Origin: Eledone cirrhosa
Lineage: Eukaryota
Reading direction: 5' to 3'
Assembly: GCA_964016885.1 (NCBI GenBank)
Contig: OZ024743.1
Span: forward strand, 222,022,001-222,086,000
DNA length: 64,000 nt
Within the stretch, counting starts at the first letter, position 1. Each line of letters begins with the position of its first letter. Below are positions 57,716-64,000 of this stretch, piece after piece. A program made the translations under genes and the position numbers. The notes below the pieces were generated by a model. The model ran no database searches. It worked only from the letters and a program-made list of their open reading frames with translations, and was not told where the DNA came from.

Positions 57716-59812
57716 ATGGCTACGAAAAAGAATTTGCATAGGTCACTCCCACTCATTCCGTCTTCTTCTTCCTCAATCGTCACTACAGCAGAGAGAAGAT
57801 TGTCTCTCTCCCTCCCTTCTTTAAATGTGTCTCTCTCCCTCCCTTCTCTTTCGCAAGTGACGAAAGAAAAGAAAAGTCTCGTGCAAAGCGTGCAAGGTTT
57901 CTCCACGACGACGACGACAGCGACGAAACAGGTGTGCGGGAAATACGAAAACCCAGTTCATTCGTCTGACGTCAGGAATAATAGCAGTAGCAGCCGTAAT
58001 AACAACAGCAACAGTGACAATGAAAACAACAGTAGCAGCCGCAACAGCATCACCAGCAGCATAAACAACAACAGCATTAGCAGCAGCAACACCAACAACA
58101 ACCACAGCAACAGCGGCGGAGGCAGTAGTCGTAGTACCTGCAGCAACAACAAAAGTACCAGCAGCTCTGACGACAACAACAACAGCAGAGAAAAACCAAT
58201 CTCATTTGCAGGTATTGCGAAAAATTTGGAAACAATCCTCATAACAAATGAGGAATTAGAGGAAGCGAAGAAGATGGTGACAAAGAACGGACACCGAGCA
58301 ATCTGCAAGGCAGCGAAAAATTTTTTCGAAACCCAAGAGCACTGTACGGTCACGTACCGTACAGTAAGTACAAAATCCCGTAGGGTGGAAAGAGCCACAG
58401 AGGCCCAAATACAAAAAGCCTTGGGGTCTGTGTGGCAGCGGAAAACGCACATCACCCGAGGCAAAAAATATGCCACCGTAGACGTACTTTTTGCCACACC
58501 CCAGGAGGCAAAGGCCCAATCAGTAGTGACCCTAAGGAGCGAGGAAATGGTGTTGGTGCCCTCCTACTGTGGGCAAAAAATTGTGAGGGTCAAACTGACC
58601 CACGTCCCCCCCGGAATGACCCCTTCTTGGCTGGCCGCGTCTGTCCTCGTCGGAATCGAGGACAAAACAACTGTACTGCAAGTACAGAAAAAAGTAAGAG
58701 AAGATTGGGTCGGCTCCTCCATTGAGATGCTAATCCAAACCAACCAGGAGTGCATCGAAGCTATCCCGGATGTGATAGACTTCGATAACGGCACTCAACT
58801 TCCCATAAGTGTTGAGGGCAAACGCCCGAAATGCTTTCGCTGTGGATCGAAGACTCACCTCAGGGCCTTCTGCAACGAGAAGACCCTGAGAAAGGAGAAA
58901 ACCCCCCTCCTTCCGAATCCGGCTCCACGGCTACCAGCAACAGGACAAGCGGCAACCAGGAACGATAGGTCCGTGGCACCCATACCCACTCCACGGAAAT
59001 CAAAGACAGCAGCAGCAGTGGAAATATTAACAACAACAACAGCAATACCAAATGCAGCTGCAACAGAGACTCCAGTGCAAACATCACCAACAACAACAAG
59101 TGAAAGAGTGGAGCTGGTACCCCTCCCCGACCTTACAGAATCAGACATGGAGTGTGAGGTGGGAGAGGGATGGCAAAAGGTCGCAAGAAGGCACAAACGC
59201 AGAAGCAGCGCATCGTCGCCTTTGAAAAGGGAGGAAAGAAATGAGAAAAGGGTAAAGTCTACTGCAAAGAGACCCACAGCAGCAACACCACCAACACCAT
59301 CACCACCCACACCAGCACCACCATCACCACCGGCGACAACCCCACCGCCAACAACACCTTCAACACCACCACCACAAGCACCAACATCGCAAACACAACA
59401 ACAAAACACACACACCCAGCAACAACGACAAGAAAATAGCAGAACCACACCCCACCCCCAGAAAAACAAATGCACGGCAATAAACACACACAACAAGAAA
59501 CTAATGACTTACATAATTGAACACACAGACATTTCACAACAGGACTACATAATACCAGCACCAATCAAAACGCCAACTAACATAAGACTGCTAAAAATAG
59601 CACAGAAACAATACACAAACATTAAAACGAAATTCCCCAACGCAGTTGGTGATTTCAGGGACCTAGGAGGAACCATCAATCGAAGAGTATATTCAGACAT
59701 TCTCTTAGAAGAGCCGACGACCAGCCGAAGGGACGATTCAACGGTCCCTTCACCAGACGATCAAGTGAAAAGGGATGTAAAAACCATCCCTCCTCTACCA
59801 AAAGTACGGTAA
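57716..59812 (+). CDS. LINE ORF1 (698 aa)
   Basis: As above, with NPAP, VARR and PKVR variants. Confidence 0.9.
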   Translation: MATKKNLHRSLPLIPSSSSSIVTTAERRLSLSLPSLNVSLSLPSLSQVTKEKKSLVQSVQGFSTTTTTATKQVCGKYENPVHSSDVRNNSSSSRNNNSNSDNENNSSSRNSITSSINNNSISSSNTNNNHSNSGGGSSRSTCSNNKSTSSSDDNNNSREKPISFAGIAKNLETILITNEELEEAKKMVTKNGHRAICKAAKNFFETQEHCTVTYRTVSTKSRRVERATEAQIQKALGSVWQRKTHITRGKKYATVDVLFATPQEAKAQSVVTLRSEEMVLVPSYCGQKIVRVKLTHVPPGMTPSWLAASVLVGIEDKTTVLQVQKKVREDWVGSSIEMLIQTNQECIEAIPDVIDFDNGTQLPISVEGKRPKCFRCGSKTHLRAFCNEKTLRKEKTPLLPNPAPRLPATGQAATRNDRSVAPIPTPRKSKTAAAVEILTTTTAIPNAAATETPVQTSPTTTSERVELVPLPDLTESDMECEVGEGWQKVARRHKRRSSASSPLKREERNEKRVKSTAKRPTAATPPTPSPPTPAPPSPPATTPPPTTPSTPPPQAPTSQTQQQNTHTQQQRQENSRTTPHPQKNKCTAINTHNKKLMTYIIEHTDISQQDYIIPAPIKTPTNIRLLKIAQKQYTNIKTKFPNAVGDFRDLGGTINRRVYSDILLEEPTTSRRDDSTVPSPDDQVKRDVKTIPPLPKVR

Positions 59813-59847
59813 GTGGTCTTTCCCATCTTTTCCACTCTATTTTAAAC

Positions 59848-62800
59848 ATGACCTCACTCAGAATAGGCAGCATAAATGCGCGTGGCTTGGGGTCGTCATG
59901 GAAGCAGGGTCACCTGCTCAACGACCTCAGGTCACTAAACATAGATGTAGTGGCCATCAGCGAGACCAGAATCTCCGAAGCACGGGCCTTCGCACCGATC
60001 TTCGGCGGCTACGATGTGTACGCATCTCCCAGCCGTCCTGGATCGGGTGGAGGAGTTGCTGTGCTTTTTCGGAGAGGTTTGGATCTCGCCATACGGGCCA
60101 TCTTCCTGGACCCAGAGGGTAAGCTGGTGGTGCTGGACGTGACCAGCGGAGACGGGCAAGCTTTCAGGCTAGTGGCCGTCTATGCCCCGACAGGAGCAGG
60201 GCGGCCTGATTTCTTCCGGCGTCTGGAGACCTTTCTTGGAACGTCCCGCTCTTTAGTGTTAGTGGGCGACTGGAACGGGATCTTAGATGCACGCTGGGAC
60301 TGTGTGGGATTAGCGGATAGGGGTGGAGGGTGCAAGAGCCTCACCAACCTGCTCAGGCGTTTTGAACTGTCTGACAGGTACCGATTGGATTTCCCGAATG
60401 TGCCAATGTGGACTTGGACAAACCGCATAGGGTCATCCAGATCATATCTAGATAGAGTATTTTGTAGGGAAATAGATAGGTCTAGCATAGGCTGTCCACA
60501 ATTCAAGATAGTCAGCTACACGGACCACAAATTCGTGATCTGTGTGCTTGACTTAGATAGGCTTCATAGACGAGGACCCGGCTACTGGAAGCTAAACGCG
60601 TCCTTACCAGCGCGCAAGGCCTACAGAGACCGGATTAGCGAACTAGTTAAGCGGGCGTTGACGGGGGCCATCGTCAACAACAAGTGGTGGTTTGCTCTGA
60701 AAAGAGCGATTAGAATAGAATCGATTAGGTTTAGTAAGGCTTTAGCAATAGAGAAAAATAGAGCAGAGGGAGAACTAGTTAGAAAATTAGACGAGGCGCT
60801 TAGCAAAGGCATTGCGACCGACGTGCTTGCGGCGAAATTGGCCCTTGACCAATTCTTCAATGCAAAGCACGAAGGCTGCGTTGTCAGAGCTAGGGTGCGT
60901 GCTCTCAGACACGAGGGGACGAAAGCCGTTCAATGGGCCCGAGTGGCGGAGGCGCGTCGTGGCAACAAAGCCACGATCCGGTCTTTGGTGGACCACGACG
61001 GGCGCATGCTACTCGATCCCGGGCAAATGTGTGAAGCTTTTCAGCGACACTTCGCTCAGCTGTTCGGGGGCAGCGGTGGGCCGGGTAGAGGGATGGACTT
61101 TAGTGTCTACCTCGACGGACTGCCGCGGCTCTCGGCCACTGAGGCGAAGTGTTGCGAAAAGCCGATAACAGCCGCTGAAGTAAGGGAGGCAATGACTGGC
61201 TGCACAAGGGGTAAATCGCCTGGTTTGGATGGTCTGCCCTATGAACTTTACGTACAGATGCCAGACTTGTTCGGAGGCCTCTTGGCGGACGTCTACTGCA
61301 ACTGGCAACAGAACGGGAGAATTCCCAGTTCTGTGAGCCGAGGAGCGGTGGCACTGCTGAGAAAGGATCCGAACAAGGGGGATAACATAGACAATTTCCG
61401 GCCCATAACTCTGCTAAACACAGAGTTTAAGATTTTGGCCAAGGTGCTAGCAAAGAGGTTGGCGCTTGTCGTTGGTGGTCTGGTGGGAGAGGCGCAGACA
61501 TGCGCCATTCCCGACAGATCCATCCACGACAACCTCCACCTCATGCGATACATCGTAGAGAGGGTAGCTAGGGAACCTGGCACGGGTGGGTCCTTGATCA
61601 ATTTAGATCAGTCGAAAGCTTTCGATAGGGTCGACCATCGTTACCTAGCGGCAGTCCTGAGGGCGGCTGGCTTTGGGCCCGTCTTCAGAGGCTGGATCGC
61701 TGCCATGCACAGCGACATCTGCTCTGTGGTGAGAGTGAACGGTCACCTGTCGGAACCGTTCAACATCATGCGCTCGGTCCGCCAAGGATGTCCCCTCTCG
61801 TCCCTCTTGTACGTATTGACTCTCGAGCCATTACTGCACAAACTGGAGACGTTGAGGGGAGTCCCGCGCGAACTAGGATGCGGAAGATCCGTGTCAGCAT
61901 ATGCGGACGATGTCACCGTAGTGGTGTCGAACGCCAAACACATCGAGGCGATCGGCACTACACTAAGAGAATACGAAGCGGTGACAGGAGCAATGATCAA
62001 CCAGGAAAAGTCAGTGGGCCTGCAGCTCGGCACCTGGAGAGGCAGGTCCATGCCGTCCAACAGCGTCGTCGGGCGCTGGACGGACGGACCGGTTAAATTG
62101 CTAGGGGTCTGGTTCGGTCCGGACCTCCAGACGGACAAAAACTGGGACGAGGTGACGAGCAGGGTGGCTTCTCTCACCCAGAAATGGGCGGAGAGGAAGC
62201 TATCCCTGAAAGGTCGAGCGGAGGTGGCTAACGCGTACATCGCGTCTGTCATCTGCTACCGCCTAACCGTCGTACCTTGTCCTAAGCCTCGCCTGACTGC
62301 GCTGGAGCGTTTGCTCTTTCGCTTTTTGTGGAAGGGACGTGCTCCGATGGTCAGGCGGTCCATCTGTTGTCAACACCCGCTACGTGGAGGGCTGGGCATG
62401 CCGTGGCTGATGATGCGCAGGCACGCGCTCAGGCTACGACATCTCCACCTCTTCCTCGACGGTGATCAGGTGTGGTCGCCGTTTGCTAGACGCGTTTTTC
62501 CCCAGCTCGTTTCCTTGACGGAGCTGCAGTCCTGGGTCAAGCGAAGACCGAGAGGGAGCGCCTGGAGACTGGAATGTCTTCAGGCGCTCACAGCCCTCGA
62601 CCAATCGGGCAATGTGATCGGTGGAAACTCCACCTCGGCGTTCTATAGAGGATTAGTGGAGGGGAAGAGCGACGACGTACTTGGGGAAACTCTAGGCGTC
62701 GACGAAAATCAACTAGCCAATCTCTTCGGAAGAACTTTCGGGCCGGGGCCTATGGACAACTTCCAGAAATCTCTGGCCTGGCAGTGCTACCGAGGAGCCT

Positions 62801-63267
62801 TGCCAGTTCGGGATAAACTCTACAGGCATGGAGGTGCCGTCAGCCGGGCATGTCCGAGATGCGCGAAGGGCGACGAAACCGTCCTGCACGCACTCGTCCA
62901 GTGTCCGAAAATTGCTGACTTGTGGGTTTATGTCGAACACCTGCTGTCGCGTTTAGGACGGATCCAGCTATCATCTGAGTCTATCGTGAGGATTGCCCCG
63001 CCCTCCTCCTTTAGCCGGGAAGGGCAGGCAGTTTTTATCTGTCTGGTGGCCATGGCGAAAGAGATAGTATGGTGGACACGTTTGAAAGGGCTGAAGACGA
63101 GCACTTACCTCTTCGGTGATGCTCTCATTGACTTTTTCAAATTTCATTTGAAAAGGAAAATCAGAGTAGAGAGGGAAGTGCTCTCTTCCCAGCATTTTGT
63201 TGAAAGATGGGTGAGAGAAGCAAGAATGGCCCGAGTGAATGGGCCTACTCTGAGCATATATCTGTAA
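59848..63267 (+). CDS. LINE ORF2 (1139 aa)
   Basis: Intact; variants VERV, CAKG, VEREV. Confidence 0.96.
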   Translation: MTSLRIGSINARGLGSSWKQGHLLNDLRSLNIDVVAISETRISEARAFAPIFGGYDVYASPSRPGSGGGVAVLFRRGLDLAIRAIFLDPEGKLVVLDVTSGDGQAFRLVAVYAPTGAGRPDFFRRLETFLGTSRSLVLVGDWNGILDARWDCVGLADRGGGCKSLTNLLRRFELSDRYRLDFPNVPMWTWTNRIGSSRSYLDRVFCREIDRSSIGCPQFKIVSYTDHKFVICVLDLDRLHRRGPGYWKLNASLPARKAYRDRISELVKRALTGAIVNNKWWFALKRAIRIESIRFSKALAIEKNRAEGELVRKLDEALSKGIATDVLAAKLALDQFFNAKHEGCVVRARVRALRHEGTKAVQWARVAEARRGNKATIRSLVDHDGRMLLDPGQMCEAFQRHFAQLFGGSGGPGRGMDFSVYLDGLPRLSATEAKCCEKPITAAEVREAMTGCTRGKSPGLDGLPYELYVQMPDLFGGLLADVYCNWQQNGRIPSSVSRGAVALLRKDPNKGDNIDNFRPITLLNTEFKILAKVLAKRLALVVGGLVGEAQTCAIPDRSIHDNLHLMRYIVERVAREPGTGGSLINLDQSKAFDRVDHRYLAAVLRAAGFGPVFRGWIAAMHSDICSVVRVNGHLSEPFNIMRSVRQGCPLSSLLYVLTLEPLLHKLETLRGVPRELGCGRSVSAYADDVTVVVSNAKHIEAIGTTLREYEAVTGAMINQEKSVGLQLGTWRGRSMPSNSVVGRWTDGPVKLLGVWFGPDLQTDKNWDEVTSRVASLTQKWAERKLSLKGRAEVANAYIASVICYRLTVVPCPKPRLTALERLLFRFLWKGRAPMVRRSICCQHPLRGGLGMPWLMMRRHALRLRHLHLFLDGDQVWSPFARRVFPQLVSLTELQSWVKRRPRGSAWRLECLQALTALDQSGNVIGGNSTSAFYRGLVEGKSDDVLGETLGVDENQLANLFGRTFGPGPMDNFQKSLAWQCYRGALPVRDKLYRHGGAVSRACPRCAKGDETVLHALVQCPKIADLWVYVEHLLSRLGRIQLSSESIVRIAPPSSFSREGQAVFICLVAMAKEIVWWTRLKGLKTSTYLFGDALIDFFKFHLKRKIRVEREVLSSQHFVERWVREARMARVNGPTLSIYL

Positions 63268-63539
63268 ATTAAAGGTGGAAAACTGGGAGAGGGCACTTGC
63301 CTTGGTGGTCAGGGTCATTGTGGCTTTTTACTGGGCTTTCACCACAAATGTCCCTCCGAAGTCTCCCCCCTATTGGGGAATTTTTCATTGTTATTTTCAT
63401 TGTTATTTTTGTTACATCCTCTGTTTTTGTTTTTTTTACACGCAGAAATGCCCATTTGTACCGTCCTGCATTGTCCTGCACTGTCCTTAATGTCTACTTT
63501 ATGTAAACCCTTGTGGTTAATAAAGAAATCATTATTATT

Positions 63540-64000
63540 TGAGTCTCAGTCATTGATGTTATTTAACTGGAAAGTTTGTTGAAATGAATATCAAGCCACT
63601 ACCTGCAGCCTCAGATATTCAGGACGTATCGGAGGGTTCTTACTGTTCCCAGCAAGCATGCCTTTTGAAGTGTTCCAAAAAGCGGGGCGAGACCAATTTT
63701 CTTTAACTATCCTTGGAAACTATTTGAGATAGTACCTAGTGCGCCTATGACAATCGGGACCAGTATGTGTCTGTAAATTAAAGGTGGAAAACTGGAAGAG
63801 GGCATTTTCCCTGGTGGTCAGGGTTACTGTGGCTTTTTAATGGGCTTTCTCCACGAATGTCCCTCGGAAGTCTCCCCCGTATTGGGGATTTTTCAGTGTT
63901 ATTTTTTTGTTACATCCTCTGTTTTTGTTTTTTACACGCAGAAATGCCCATTTATACCGCCCTGTATTGTCCTGTACTGTCCTTAATGTCTACTTTATGT
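63540..64000. repeat. Direct repeat of 38736-39196 (R4/Dong-like 3' fragment on minus plus solo Tx1 3' end), running off the window
   Basis: No differences seen by eye over 461 bp; offset 24,804 bp. Confidence 0.95.

Larger units (their letters stand above)
57499..63539 (+). mobile_element. Full-length Tx1-like LINE, array copy 4 (tail (ATT)3)
   Basis: Near-identical to the other copies; the tail abuts the repeated cassette. Confidence 0.95.

Noticed and set aside
39274-63539. Telomere-elongating retrotransposon array (HeT-A/TART or TRAS/SART-like)
   Set aside because: No TTAGGG/TTAGG tracts are present. The 5' ends point toward old interstitial debris, opposite to what terminal addition would give.
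39472-63582. Recurring antisense and alternative-frame ORFs of 65-213 aa inside the LINE units
   Set aside because: They are shadows of ORF1/ORF2 codon bias and tails, recur only because the unit is repeated, and show no domain motifs.

Overview
Eukaryotic, microsatellite-rich, transposon-dense DNA with no recognisable host gene. The SINE types and the density of (TA)n/(CA)n/(ATGT)n repeats suggest a mollusc, probably a cephalopod (inference only). 1-21 kb: many Penelope-like element (PLE) remnants inside (TA)n tracts, often as fold-back ends, with at least 8 different hammerhead-ribozyme-like motifs, plus tRNA-type SINEs. 22-29 kb: a decayed Helitron (Rep/PIF1) followed by two non-autonomous Helitrons. 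30-38 kb: RTE, mariner and PLE debris. 38-64 kb: four intact, near-identical ~6.08-kb L1/Tx1-like LINEs (ORF1 with a CCHC knuckle; ORF2 with APE, RT and zinc finger) in a head-to-tail array joined by (ATT)n. Both sides of the array carry an identical cassette of at least 461 bp. It consists of the 3' end of an R4/Dong-like RLE retrotransposon fused head-to-head with a solo Tx1 3' end, each anchored in (ATT/AAT)n. The main SINE family shares a 3' terminal motif and the ATT tail with this LINE. All comparisons were made by eye, and boundaries of degraded elements are approximate.
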